Positions 21,109 to 31,285 of a stretch of 64,000 nucleotides of DNA are shown here, in pieces; within the stretch, counting starts at the first letter, position 1, and each line of letters starts with the position of its first letter. Both the position numbers and the translations under genes were made by a program. Source of the DNA: Zobellia roscoffensis (GTDB taxonomy: Bacteria; Bacteroidota; Bacteroidia; Flavobacteriales; Flavobacteriaceae); contig NZ_JADDXT010000002.1 of assembly GCF_015330165.1 (NCBI RefSeq), positions 1,812,663 through 1,876,662 of the forward strand, in the 5' to 3' direction. The notes under the pieces are model-generated. The model was not told where the DNA came from. It saw only the letters and a list, made by a program, of their open reading frames with translations, and made no database searches.

Positions 21109-22895
21109 TCTTGTCTACTTCTCAACTGTTTTTTAGATGGTTTTAAACCCTCTTTTTCTGCAAGGAAAAGACTGTAATCAGGATTACTTTCCAAAACAAG
21201 CGTAGTTTGTTTTTCAAACCCGAAGCGTTCAAAAGTAATTTTCAGTGTATCTCCAATCTTTAGTTTTTCTATATAGGCACTGAATTGTTGCCCGTCCGGG
21301 AATCCATTTCCGTTAATATCGGTAATAACATCACCTTTATCCAACTCAGAAATATAAGCTGGAGTTCCCATTTTTGGATTCGATCGAATTTCGCCATGAC
21401 CATCACCATCTAATGAAACAGCTACCCCAAAATAAGGTGCTTCCATATCTTGTTTTAATATGACTCCAACAGAATTTAAAAGAGCACTGTAATCTGGCAT
21501 TTCACTTTTATATATGTATTTATTAAAGAAAGTATCAGCAAAATCGTTTCCAGCATATTCGGCTAGAGCTTGCTGAAGATTTTTTATGGTGTAGGATTTT
21601 TCTGTTTTGCCATACTGCTCCCAGACGAGTTTCATAAAATCATCCAGGTTCAGTTTTTCCTTCCGAAGGGATAAATCCAGTGCTAAGCCAAGTACACTTC
21701 CGTAAGAATAATAAGAAATAAAGGTATTCTCTCTATTTACGGGGTCCACAGATGTAGCCGCATCCACAAAAGGAGCTTGGTAGCTCATTTCTATAGGATT
21801 AAAATACTGAAGTGCAGGTGAGTTCCAGACATAGTTAAAAGTTCCTGAAATACCTTCTATGTACTTCTCTGGAGTAATAATTCCTGCCCTACAAAGAATA
21901 AGATTGGTGTAGTAACTGGTAAAACCTTCGGCAAACCAAAGTGCACCACTCATATTTGCTTCTTCAAAATTAAAAGGTTCTAATGATTTTGGGCGAATGC
22001 GTTCAACGTTCCATGCATGAAAAAACTCATGAGATACGGTACCTATATTGCCTTCCATGCCACCATTGGCTAGACTGCGTGTACTTGTCAGAATGGTAGA
22101 GTTTCTATGCTCCATGCCGTCTCCAGAGGCATTTGGAATATAACAGGCTAAAAAAGTGTAGGTGCCATAATCAAATTCAGGAAGTTCACCATATACTTCT
22201 TTCTCGGCAAGAACTACTTTCTTTACGTTTTCAAAGTAGGCATCAAGTTCTTCTTCTGTGCCATTGTGGTGGAGAACAAAACGTATTTTTTGTTTCCTTC
22301 CATTGTTTTCTACTTCAAACTCACGAACGGAATGGTTGCTTATTTCCGTTGGGCTATCCATAAAATAATATAGGTTGGGAGCCGAATACGTGGTGCCGGA
22401 AACCAAGGGTAGTTGTGTGGCTACTTTCCAGTTTAAATCTTTTCGAACTTTAAAATCTACTTGAATTTTTCTATCGCTTAAAGTTGGAGCGTACATAAAT
22501 GTTGCGGGAATGTTCAGATGCGCATGGGTTTCGTCTACTTGAGAATAGGTGCCACCTCCTCGGTTGGCAAATAATGTATAGCTAATGGAAACTGAGCCGT
22601 CATGGCCAATTATTTGCCATTGGTACGGGTCTGGGCGTAATACTTCTAAAACTTTTCCTTTACTGTCCGTAGCTTTAAAGTCATAGACGTTTTTAGCAAA
22701 TTCATGCAATGCGTAACGGCCCGGGGATGAGCGGCTCATTCTAAAAGAAACCGTATCCATTTTTAGATTTGGAAAAGTACCTTTTACTACCGCCTCATGA
22801 TGAACGGCATTGTCAAAAGATATTTCATAACTATTGGTTTGAGCAGAAAGTATACTAATAGTAGTAAACAGAAGGAAGGGAAAAACGGATTTCAT
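21084..22895 (-). CDS. M61-family (glycyl aminopeptidase-like) secreted metallopeptidase with a C-terminal PDZ domain.
   Basis: Signal peptide. HEFFHAWNVERIRP is an HExxH...E zinc site, and the layout is M61. PDZ-like C-terminus (GDVITDINGN). Confidence 0.85.
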   Translation of the reverse strand: MKSVFPFLLFTTISILSAQTNSYEISFDNAVHHEAVVKGTFPNLKMDTVSFRMSRSSPGRYALHEFAKNVYDFKATDSKGKVLEVLRPDPYQWQIIGHDGSVSISYTLFANRGGGTYSQVDETHAHLNIPATFMYAPTLSDRKIQVDFKVRKDLNWKVATQLPLVSGTTYSAPNLYYFMDSPTEISNHSVREFEVENNGRKQKIRFVLHHNGTEEELDAYFENVKKVVLAEKEVYGELPEFDYGTYTFLACYIPNASGDGMEHRNSTILTSTRSLANGGMEGNIGTVSHEFFHAWNVERIRPKSLEPFNFEEANMSGALWFAEGFTSYYTNLILCRAGIITPEKYIEGISGTFNYVWNSPALQYFNPIEMSYQAPFVDAATSVDPVNRENTFISYYSYGSVLGLALDLSLRKEKLNLDDFMKLVWEQYGKTEKSYTIKNLQQALAEYAGNDFADTFFNKYIYKSEMPDYSALLNSVGVILKQDMEAPYFGVAVSLDGDGHGEIRSNPKMGTPAYISELDKGDVITDINGNGFPDGQQFSAYIEKLKIGDTLKITFERFGFEKQTTLVLESNPDYSLFLAEKEGLKPSKKQLRSRQEWLKTKKK

Positions 22896-23033
22896 TAATG
22901 TAAATTTAATATCACTAATATACTATTTATAGGGGGTATATGCTAGATTTGATTTTTACAATAAAAAAGTAAGATTCGCATTATTAATATTTTAAAAGCA
23001 ACCTTTTGAAATATAAAGTATCTTCTAAATAAT

Positions 23034-23621
23034 ATGAAAAAAGAATACTGTATTTTGCTATGTGCACTAGGTATTGTTACATCTAGTTTGGCACAAGAAA
23101 AAGAGAATATTCCTAAATACAAAAATCAGGTTTCCACCAATCTACTGTTGCCACTTTTTCAGAGTTTTGATTTGAGTTATGAGCGTACTGTAGCCAATAA
23201 ATGGGCGGTAGGTATATCTGGGTCATTATATGGAGATGATTTTAGTTCATTGGATACGGCTAGTTCTACTTATTATGAGTTGAAGACTAATTTTGAAGTC
23301 ATCCCTTTTGTGAGGTTTTACTTAAACGGTGCCCAGAACAAAAGTCACTTTTTTGAGATTTTTGGTTCGCTTTCAGAGGTTGATGAAACGGGGAGGTACG
23401 TAAGACGTGTAAATGAAGAGGGGTACGGGGTATATTATGTGGGAACTAAAACGTTTACCGTAGGTGGCTTAGGAACGGGATATGGATATAGATTTCTATT
23501 GATGCAAAATAGATTGGTGCTGGAGGCACAGCTAGGTATTCGGACCAACTTTGATTCGGATTACATTTTTTTAAATGGAACATTAGTACGTACAGGAATT
23601 AAAATAGGTTATAGGTTTTAA
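23034..23621 (+). CDS. Small outer-membrane beta-barrel protein (DUF3575-like).
   Basis: Signal peptide, alternating amphipathic beta-strands and a C-terminal aromatic residue (...GYRF). Confidence 0.5.
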   Translation: MKKEYCILLCALGIVTSSLAQEKENIPKYKNQVSTNLLLPLFQSFDLSYERTVANKWAVGISGSLYGDDFSSLDTASSTYYELKTNFEVIPFVRFYLNGAQNKSHFFEIFGSLSEVDETGRYVRRVNEEGYGVYYVGTKTFTVGGLGTGYGYRFLLMQNRLVLEAQLGIRTNFDSDYIFLNGTLVRTGIKIGYRF

Positions 23622-23631
23622 AGATGGTGTT

Positions 23632-24216
23632 ATGGGTGTTAAGTATACATGTTTTTTGTTTTTGGGATTTTTATTAGTGGGTTGTCTTTCGGATGATATT
23701 GGTTATTCTTCAAGCAATATTTCGGTACAGGCAACAAATGCATTTACTTTAGAGGAAAAGGTTGATTATATAGTTGGAGATACCCTTTTCTTTACCCAAA
23801 ATTTCAGTAGATATTTAAAGGAAGAAGGATATAACGAGTTATTGGATGTTTATGAAACCACAAAGGACGAAGAATTTGGTTATGGATTTGATTTGCAGCA
23901 ATTTTCCGAATTTTCAAATTCGTATGAAGCTGTTTATATAGATTCAGAATATGTAATTACCACAGGTGCAAATATAGCAGACTACTATTACTACAATAAT
24001 TATGGTGTTGCTGCTCAATTGAACGAAGCAAAGGATGCTTATGAGTCAAAAGTAGGTATTGTTTTGGTGGAAAGCGGGGATTTTAAACTTGATTTTTCTA
24101 ATGTTTATTTTAGAAATGAATATGACTATTACTCCAACGAAAAGATAAACCTGAATATAGAACACCGGTTTACAGATCAAACTAAAGGTGTATTAGAGTT
24201 TACGGTGTCAGAATAA
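23632..24216 (+). CDS. Hypothetical lipoprotein.
   Basis: Lipobox LLVGC and a Tyr/Asp/Glu-rich beta-rich sequence. It follows the beta-barrel gene after an 11 nt gap. Confidence 0.4.
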   Translation: MGVKYTCFLFLGFLLVGCLSDDIGYSSSNISVQATNAFTLEEKVDYIVGDTLFFTQNFSRYLKEEGYNELLDVYETTKDEEFGYGFDLQQFSEFSNSYEAVYIDSEYVITTGANIADYYYYNNYGVAAQLNEAKDAYESKVGIVLVESGDFKLDFSNVYFRNEYDYYSNEKINLNIEHRFTDQTKGVLEFTVSE

Positions 24217-24277
24217 TTTAGATTCAACTTTTAAGGTAACACATAGTATTTCGCGCAAAGATGCTACATTTGGGGAT

Positions 24278-25429
24278 ATGGATGACTTCCCTAAAAAACT
24301 GACCAAAAAACTGAATGATAGAAGTGATGCAAATGCATTACGAAGTTTGCCAGCACTTAATAAACTGACAGATTTTTCATCGAATGATTATTTAGGGCTT
24401 TCTCGTAACCAAACCATTTCAGGGCAAGTACAACATCTATTAAAAAAGCATAATGCTTTTGAAAATGGAGCAACGGGTTCACGTTTGCTTTCTGGAAATC
24501 ATTCACTTTATGAAACATTAGAAGCTACACTTTGTACATTTCACCAAGCAGAAGCTGCTTTGGTTTTTAACTCGGGTTACGACGCCAATATAGGGTTTTT
24601 TAGCTCCGTTCCACAAAGGGGGGATATTGTTTTATTTGATGAATTTATTCATGCAAGTGTTCGTGACGGCATACGAATGGGTAACGCCAAAAGTTATAAG
24701 TTTAAACATAACAATCTTGAAGATTTACTAATAAAATGTGAGTCTGAACGCAGTCGAAACTTGACGGATGCAGAAATATATGTAGTAACCGAATCTGTTT
24801 TTTCTATGGATGGCGATACTCCAGATTTAAAAGCACTTGCTGAAATTTGTGAGTCTCAAAATTGTCGTTTGGTTATAGATGAAGCTCATGCTGTGGGTGT
24901 TTTTGGAAAACATGGTGAAGGTTTAGTGCAAGAGTTAAACATACAAGACAAAGTTTTTGCACGTTTGGTGACCTTTGGGAAAGGTATTGGCTGTCACGGA
25001 GCTGCAATTTTGGGCAACATCGATTTAAAATCATATTTGGTAAATTTTGCCCGTAGTTTTATCTATACTACAGGGCTTCCACCACATTCTGTAGCTTCGG
25101 TTTTATCTGCTTATAATTATTTAGAAAGTCAGGTTGATGAGGTGGAGGTACTAAAACGTAATATTTCATATTTCAACCGTAAATTAGTGGATTTAAGTCT
25201 GAGTTCAAGTTTTATTCCTAGTAATTCTACCATTCATTGTTGTTTGGTTTCTGGCAATGAAAGGGTACGCGTTATGGGAAAACTAATTCAAGAAAAAGGG
25301 TTTGATGTACGACCTATTCAATCTCCTACAGTGCCTGAAGGTCAAGAAAGATTACGCATATGTCTTCATAGTTTTAATATGAAACAAGAGATTGATAATT
25401 TGCTAAACGCAGTGATTGCTGTCATCTAA
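24278..25429 (+). CDS. bioF: 8-amino-7-oxononanoate synthase (class II aminotransferase).
   Basis: FSSNDYLGLS, a PLP-lysine region (TFGKGIG...) and the bio gene neighbourhood. Confidence 0.85.
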   Translation: MDDFPKKLTKKLNDRSDANALRSLPALNKLTDFSSNDYLGLSRNQTISGQVQHLLKKHNAFENGATGSRLLSGNHSLYETLEATLCTFHQAEAALVFNSGYDANIGFFSSVPQRGDIVLFDEFIHASVRDGIRMGNAKSYKFKHNNLEDLLIKCESERSRNLTDAEIYVVTESVFSMDGDTPDLKALAEICESQNCRLVIDEAHAVGVFGKHGEGLVQELNIQDKVFARLVTFGKGIGCHGAAILGNIDLKSYLVNFARSFIYTTGLPPHSVASVLSAYNYLESQVDEVEVLKRNISYFNRKLVDLSLSSSFIPSNSTIHCCLVSGNERVRVMGKLIQEKGFDVRPIQSPTVPEGQERLRICLHSFNMKQEIDNLLNAVIAVI

Positions 25430-25430
25430 T

Positions 25431-25814
25431 ATGAAAGAGAAATTTTATACCATAGCTTCTTTTGAGTACCCTGCGGATGTTCAGATATTGAAAGGAAAAC
25501 TAGAATCTGAAGGAATTTCTGTTTTTCTTAGAGATGAACATACCTTAAATTCAGACCCTATAATCAGTAATGCTATTGGCGGGGTAAAACTACAAGTATA
25601 TACAGAAGACAAAGAAAAGGCTATTGAGATATACAATGAAATAAGGGCATATGCCATAGATGACAATGGTAATTTGATTGTATGCCCTAACTGTAAAATG
25701 CAAAAATCTGAGGTGTATTATAACAGAAAAGGAATTTTATATAAACTTTTTCCTTTTTTTGAAGAAAAAAAATACAAATGCCTACATTGTAACATGATAA
25801 CAAAACCTCAATAG
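25431..25814 (+). CDS. DUF2007-like small protein with a C-terminal C4 zinc ribbon.
   Basis: ORF 25416..25814. The ATG at 25431 sits 2 nt after the bioF stop. CPNC...CLHC zinc ribbon. The stop abuts the bioD start (25816). Confidence 0.5.
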   Translation: MKEKFYTIASFEYPADVQILKGKLESEGISVFLRDEHTLNSDPIISNAIGGVKLQVYTEDKEKAIEIYNEIRAYAIDDNGNLIVCPNCKMQKSEVYYNRKGILYKLFPFFEEKKYKCLHCNMITKPQ

Positions 25815-25815
25815 A

Positions 25816-26433
25816 ATGCAGCAAATTTTTGTGACAGGAATATCAACTGAAGTAGGTAAAACAATAGCTTCCGCAATTATTGCAGAGGCCCTTGAAGCGG
25901 ATTATTGGAAACCGGTGCAAGCAGGTGATTTAGATAATACAGATAGTGATAAGGTAAAATCCCTAATTTCTAATGATAAGACAGTAATACACAAAAGTAG
26001 TTATGAGTTAAAGACTCCTATGAGTCCGCATGCAGCAGCAGAAAGAGATGGCGTTACAATAGACCGACTAGAAATCATTGAGCCAGAAACGGATAATGCT
26101 TTGGTAATTGAAGGAGCTGGTGGTGTTCTGGTGCCTTTGAGTAAGGATGATACAGTTTTGGATATCATTATGCCAACCTATCATGTAGTCGTGGTATCTA
26201 GACACTATTTAGGAAGTATTAATCATACACTCCTAACTATTGGTTGGTTGCAACAGAAGGGGTACGATGTTTCTGTATTGTTTAGTGGTAAGGAAAATCC
26301 CGAAACTGAAAGTATTATTCTTCACAAAACCAAAGTGTCTTCAATTGGTCGTATAGATGAAGAAGCTGTTTTTGATAAAGCTGTTATTAAGAAATATGCT
26401 GATAAATTCAGATCTGCACTAAAGTCTCTTTAG
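25816..26433 (+). CDS. bioD: Dethiobiotin synthetase.
   Basis: IFVTGISTEVGKT P-loop and the typical BioD length. Confidence 0.9.
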   Translation: MQQIFVTGISTEVGKTIASAIIAEALEADYWKPVQAGDLDNTDSDKVKSLISNDKTVIHKSSYELKTPMSPHAAAERDGVTIDRLEIIEPETDNALVIEGAGGVLVPLSKDDTVLDIIMPTYHVVVVSRHYLGSINHTLLTIGWLQQKGYDVSVLFSGKENPETESIILHKTKVSSIGRIDEEAVFDKAVIKKYADKFRSALKSL

Positions 26434-26440
26434 TCTCTTT

Positions 26441-28108
26441 TCAATCAATTCGCACAAGAGCCAAATCAACCTTACTTATAGTAAAATTGTAAAGTGATTT
26501 TCTGCCTTCTAGATTTTGTTGGTTAAAAATATAATAACCAGGAAGTTCACATTGGTCTGTTTTTGAAACAATTGCTTTACGGGACATTTCTAAATAAGCT
26601 GCCGTCTCATATAATTTAAATGGCGTTTGAATGTGTGTGCGCAAATCTTCTTGCGTAAAAATGTAAAGCGGAGCTTCATTACCAATTATTTCGTAAATCT
26701 CGTTTGCATAAACCTGATGTGGTGCGCTAGATGAAGTTAATGACTTTAGTGGTAATGCTACATGGTCAAAGGCCAATCTACATACTACAATAAAACCAAT
26801 TACAAATAAGTGTTTAACGTAACCAATGGTTTTGTGATGATAAATCCATATAATCAATAACAGTAAGCCAAAAAGAGGCATAGTAAATTTTAGGTGTGGT
26901 AAAATCGAAAAATAACCAATAAACGGAATGGCAAAACAAGCGATGAGAGCAATTGTAATAATCACCTTAAAAAAGGTATGGTATGCTTTATGCATCCAAT
27001 TTTTTTCTTCGAGTTGAAGAAATAATGGATACGTAAGGATAGTAATTACTATGGGAAAAAACATATACGTATAACGTATTCTAGCTCCAGGGGAAATCCA
27101 ATATACTAGGAAATTGGCCAAAAAAGTAATGACCAGAAAAATCAAATAGGGTTGATTTTTAATCTTTTGTAACTGCTCTTTTTTCCAAATGAATAAAAGG
27201 AATAAAGTTGCGGGAAAAATGACGGCAATAAAATTTAAAGGAAAAAAGAAAAGATGTTTTATAATTCCGCTAAAACGGTCACTTAATAAAGTTCGTTGAT
27301 GTGTGAGGCCCCACATTTTGGTGATATACTGCTGTAAATCTTCATAACTAGCATAGGTGTAAAAATAGAAATATACGGCAGCTGCAGCTAGAGTGACGCT
27401 AAAAATATGTCGCCAAGAAAAGAGTCGTTTGAGGTCTTTTTTGTACAAAAGATAAGCGCCTAGTGTAATGATTATGAAGGCGAAAGAAGCAAAACCTTTA
27501 GTTAAAAATGCGAGTGTAATAAAAAAATAGGAGCATCCGAATAATAGAAGAAATCGCTTTTGTTGGTAAAAATGGAAAATGCTGAAAACACTTAGTACCA
27601 CTAATAATGAATAGAAAATATCTATTTCAGCAGTTACGCAGAAATAAAAATAAAGATCGGCACATACCAAATAATATAGCGCGCTCAATATGGCAAATTT
27701 TGGCCCAACATATTTTTTAGCCATATAAAAAGTGAGAATACCTGTCAGTAAGAATGAAAATGCTGAAGGAAATCGAAGTGCAAAGGTGTTGTAGCCAAAG
27801 ATTTTAACGCTTCCGGCAAGAATAATATTCCATAAAGGTGGGTGGTCATAAAAAGTTTCATTGAGAATGGTGGTGACAACAAAATTTTCGTTGAACAACA
27901 TTTCTAAAGCTACCAGTGCTCGTCGTGGTTCCTCGGTGTGTAATGGTGCTAGGTGCAGATTGTAAAAAAGGGATACCGTATAGAGAATAAGAATCAAAAA
28001 CGATAGCCAATATATATTTTTGGTATTGGTCGGTTGTAAAAATCCGGTATCAAAAAACTTCATGTTTCTTAGATTTTTTCTAAACCAAAGATGATCATAA
28101 TACTTCAA
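26441..28108 (-). CDS. ArnT/PMT-like (GT83/GT39 family) polytopic glycosyltransferase that uses polyprenyl-phosphate-sugar donors.
   Basis: More than 10 TM helices. N-terminal loop HTEEPRRALVALEML (DE/RR motif). The start could be the internal ATG at 28063 (MKFFDTGF). Confidence 0.65.
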   Translation of the reverse strand: MKYYDHLWFRKNLRNMKFFDTGFLQPTNTKNIYWLSFLILILYTVSLFYNLHLAPLHTEEPRRALVALEMLFNENFVVTTILNETFYDHPPLWNIILAGSVKIFGYNTFALRFPSAFSFLLTGILTFYMAKKYVGPKFAILSALYYLVCADLYFYFCVTAEIDIFYSLLVVLSVFSIFHFYQQKRFLLLFGCSYFFITLAFLTKGFASFAFIIITLGAYLLYKKDLKRLFSWRHIFSVTLAAAAVYFYFYTYASYEDLQQYITKMWGLTHQRTLLSDRFSGIIKHLFFFPLNFIAVIFPATLFLLFIWKKEQLQKIKNQPYLIFLVITFLANFLVYWISPGARIRYTYMFFPIVITILTYPLFLQLEEKNWMHKAYHTFFKVIITIALIACFAIPFIGYFSILPHLKFTMPLFGLLLLIIWIYHHKTIGYVKHLFVIGFIVVCRLAFDHVALPLKSLTSSSAPHQVYANEIYEIIGNEAPLYIFTQEDLRTHIQTPFKLYETAAYLEMSRKAIVSKTDQCELPGYYIFNQQNLEGRKSLYNFTISKVDLALVRID

Positions 28109-28139
28109 AAAAAAAGTTTTAATTCCTCATCTTTGTATT

Positions 28140-29441
28140 ATGAAGAAGGCAAACACATCAGAAGTCCTAGCGACGGAAAGTCTATCCATTAGAGACAAAA
28201 AACATCTATGGCACCCATTAACACAGCATAAACTGCATCCAGAAATGCTGGGTATAGTTAAGGCTAAGGGTGCTGTTCTGTATGATGAGAACGGCAAGGA
28301 TTATATAGATGGTATTGCCTCTTGGTACACTAGCGCATATGGCCATTGTAACGATTATATAATCGATAAGGTGTATGCTCAAATGCAAAAGTTGGATCAA
28401 GTGGTTTTTAGTGGTTTTACTCATGAACCTGCGGTTAAATTATCTGAAGAACTCATAAAAGTATTACCTGAAAACCAAGAAAAACTATTCTTTTCCGATA
28501 ATGGTTCCACAGCTACTGAAATCGGAATTAAAATGGCATTACAATACCATTTTAATCAAGGTAGGAAGCGTAAAACCATGCTGGCTTTTGAAGAAGGGTT
28601 TCATGGAGACACATTTGGGGCCATGTCTGTTTCGGGACTATCGGTTTATAACGGGCCTTTCGAAGAGTTTTTTATTGATGTAGAGCGTGTTGATGTACCT
28701 ACTGATGAAAATATAGAGGCTATACTTTCTCGGTTAGAAGTAAGGTTACAACGAAACGATATAGCAGGATTCATTTACGAACCTTTGGTGCAAGGTGCGG
28801 CAGCTATGAAAATGCATAAAGCCGAAAACCTGAACCGCATTTTAAAGCTCTTGAAGAAGCATGGCATACTCACCATTGCCGATGAGGTAATGACAGGTTT
28901 TGGTAAAACCGGAAAACCTTTTGCTTCGGAATATATTGAAACCAAACCAGACATCATTTGCATGTCTAAGGCCCTAACGGCTGGTTTAATTCCTATGGCG
29001 ATCACCAGTTGCTCACAAGAGGTTTACGATGCATTTTATAGTGATGATATGGCAAAGGGGCTTTTCCATGGCCATACCTATTCCGGAAACCCATTAGCTT
29101 GCACCGCAGCTTTAGCCGGGTTAGAATTGTTGCAAACACCAGAAATTCAAAACAGTATACAAAGAGTAATCGCTTCGCACGAAGAGTTCGATTCTATAAT
29201 AAAGAACCACCCCAAAGTTGCGCGTACAAGGCAATGTGGAATTATTTATGCATTGGACTTAAATGTGAAAATGGAACGTTACGGGAATTTACGTGACCAA
29301 ATGTTCAAGCATTTTATGGATAATGGCGTATTTTTGCGCCCCCTTGGGAGTACCATTTATATTTCTGCACCTTATGTTATTACTGATGAACAGTTGCAAA
29401 AAATATATACTACCATCGAAGATTTACTGAACAGTATCTAA
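28140..29441 (+). CDS. bioA: Adenosylmethionine--8-amino-7-oxononanoate aminotransferase.
   Basis: LWHPLTQ N-terminal motif, class III aminotransferase fold and bio context. Confidence 0.93.
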   Translation: MKKANTSEVLATESLSIRDKKHLWHPLTQHKLHPEMLGIVKAKGAVLYDENGKDYIDGIASWYTSAYGHCNDYIIDKVYAQMQKLDQVVFSGFTHEPAVKLSEELIKVLPENQEKLFFSDNGSTATEIGIKMALQYHFNQGRKRKTMLAFEEGFHGDTFGAMSVSGLSVYNGPFEEFFIDVERVDVPTDENIEAILSRLEVRLQRNDIAGFIYEPLVQGAAAMKMHKAENLNRILKLLKKHGILTIADEVMTGFGKTGKPFASEYIETKPDIICMSKALTAGLIPMAITSCSQEVYDAFYSDDMAKGLFHGHTYSGNPLACTAALAGLELLQTPEIQNSIQRVIASHEEFDSIIKNHPKVARTRQCGIIYALDLNVKMERYGNLRDQMFKHFMDNGVFLRPLGSTIYISAPYVITDEQLQKIYTTIEDLLNSI

Positions 29442-29450
29442 ATTTTCCGC

Positions 29451-30635
29451 TTGAAAGAACCAATATCCATTACCGCAATAGGCTCAGTTTCCCCATTGGG
29501 AAGGACTTCTGAAGAAACATGGGAGAACTACCTTAAAGACGACCATTTTTTTAGTCAGACTGAATTTGGAGGGGAGATGGAATGGATAGCTTCTTTATCC
29601 AGCGAATCCAGGCAAGAAATTGAGTTGCTTAGAAATTCGGATCAAAAATATAAGAGCCTTGATAATACGGTCTTATTTGCGCTTTATGCCTCAAGAGAAG
29701 CTATAAAAAAAGCTGGATGGAAAACAGGAGATGATTTTGGAGTTAATATGGGATCCTCACGTGGGGCAACGGCACTTTTTGAAAAATACCATCAGGAATT
29801 TTTAGAGAATAATAGAACGGCAACCTTAAGTTCGCCAACCACAACGTTGGGAAATATTTCCTCATGGATAGCACATGATTTAAAAACGAAAGGCCCTGAA
29901 ATCTCACATTCCATAACCTGTTCTACAGCCCTTCATTCTGTTTTAAATGGAGTCGCGTGGATTAGAAGCGGTATGGCGGACAAATTTTTGGTAGGTGGAA
30001 GCGAGGCACCGTTAACGCCCTTTACCATTGCCCAAATGAAGGCGCTAAAAATATATTCGCAATATAAAACGGACATCAGTTCAAAGAATGGAGAAGGATA
30101 TCCTAACCGAGCATTAGATTTCGAAAAGGAAAGGAACATGATGGTTCTAGGGGAGGGCGCTTCTGTCATGTGTCTGGAAAAAAGGGTTTCATCCAAAACT
30201 TTGGCCGTTATAGAAGGTATAGGTTATGCCACTGAACCTTTACGCCATAATATTTCCATTTCTACAGATGCGGAGTGTTTTCAAAGCTCCATGAAAATGG
30301 CTTTGGGAGAAATAAATCCAGAAGAAGTTGATGCGATTGTCATGCATGCACCAGGTACAATTAAGGGTGATATATCTGAGTATAAGGCCATTGAAAAAGT
30401 TTTTTGTAACAAGTTGCCCTTTTTGACTACAAATAAATGGAAAGTAGGGCATACTTTTGGAGCGTCGGGAGCGTTAAGCATAGAATTAGCGGTCTTGATG
30501 ATACAGCATCAACACGAAATAAAAGTGCCTTTTGTCACCTATACTTCATCTCCGAAAAAACTTGAAAAAGTACTCGTAAATGCAGTGGGTTTTGGGGGTA
30601 ACGCAGTTTCAATTTTGTTGTCTCGGAATTTATAG
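29451..30635 (+). CDS. Beta-ketoacyl-ACP synthase I/II-like condensing enzyme (TTG start), embedded in the biotin cluster.
   Basis: Catalytic Cys in ITCSTALHS, His in MHAPGT and His in KWKVGHTFGASGA (a Cys-His-His elongating-KAS triad). 394 aa. Begins 10 nt after bioA. Confidence 0.8.
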   Translation: MKEPISITAIGSVSPLGRTSEETWENYLKDDHFFSQTEFGGEMEWIASLSSESRQEIELLRNSDQKYKSLDNTVLFALYASREAIKKAGWKTGDDFGVNMGSSRGATALFEKYHQEFLENNRTATLSSPTTTLGNISSWIAHDLKTKGPEISHSITCSTALHSVLNGVAWIRSGMADKFLVGGSEAPLTPFTIAQMKALKIYSQYKTDISSKNGEGYPNRALDFEKERNMMVLGEGASVMCLEKRVSSKTLAVIEGIGYATEPLRHNISISTDAECFQSSMKMALGEINPEEVDAIVMHAPGTIKGDISEYKAIEKVFCNKLPFLTTNKWKVGHTFGASGALSIELAVLMIQHQHEIKVPFVTYTSSPKKLEKVLVNAVGFGGNAVSILLSRNL

Positions 30636-30702
30636 TCCGCTTTCGAATGAGCTTTAGGTAAGATTATTCTTATCTTTAGTCACCAACCTAACTTTACTAC
30701 TT

Positions 30703-31281
30703 ATGGAACTAGGGTTCGAAACGATGACTTTATTTGAGAAAATCTATTGGGTGACCGCTGTGGTCGGATCCATTTTTCTTATTATCCTCTTAATCATGAC
30801 CTTTATTGGGGGTGAGATGGATGATATTGACGGTGATGTTGATGCAGAAATAGATGCGGATTCCGGTATTGAGTTTCAGTTTTTATCCTTTAAAAATTTA
30901 GTGGGCTTTTTTACCATTTTCGGATGGTCTGGTATTGCTTGTTTAGACGCGGGCATGTCTACCATGGTCACTGTGCTCATATCCGTAATATGTGGTCTGT
31001 TGATGATGGTTGCCATGGCCTCTTTATTTTATTATTTAGGAAAATTGCAGAGTAGTGGCACGTTAAGATTGAAAAATGCATTGAACCAGATAGGTGAGGT
31101 GTATTTGACTATTGGTGCCAATCGTAAAAGTATAGGAAAGGTAAGTATCAACGTTCAAGGCACTTTACGTGAACTTGAAGCCCTTACCAGTGCTGATATA
31201 GACTTAGTGCAGGGTAATGTTGTCATCGTAAAAGAAGTTACCGCAAACGGAATTTTAATTGTTGAACCCATAAATAAATAA
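30703..31281 (+). CDS. YqiJ/NfeD-like membrane protein with a C-terminal OB-fold.
   Basis: TM helix, acidic stretch (EMDDIDGDVDAEIDADSG), two TM helices and a C-terminal beta-rich OB-like domain. Followed 5 nt later by a flotillin gene (the classic yqiJ-yqiK pairing). Confidence 0.6.
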   Translation: MELGFETMTLFEKIYWVTAVVGSIFLIILLIMTFIGGEMDDIDGDVDAEIDADSGIEFQFLSFKNLVGFFTIFGWSGIACLDAGMSTMVTVLISVICGLLMMVAMASLFYYLGKLQSSGTLRLKNALNQIGEVYLTIGANRKSIGKVSINVQGTLRELEALTSADIDLVQGNVVIVKEVTANGILIVEPINK

Positions 31282-31285
31282 CCAA

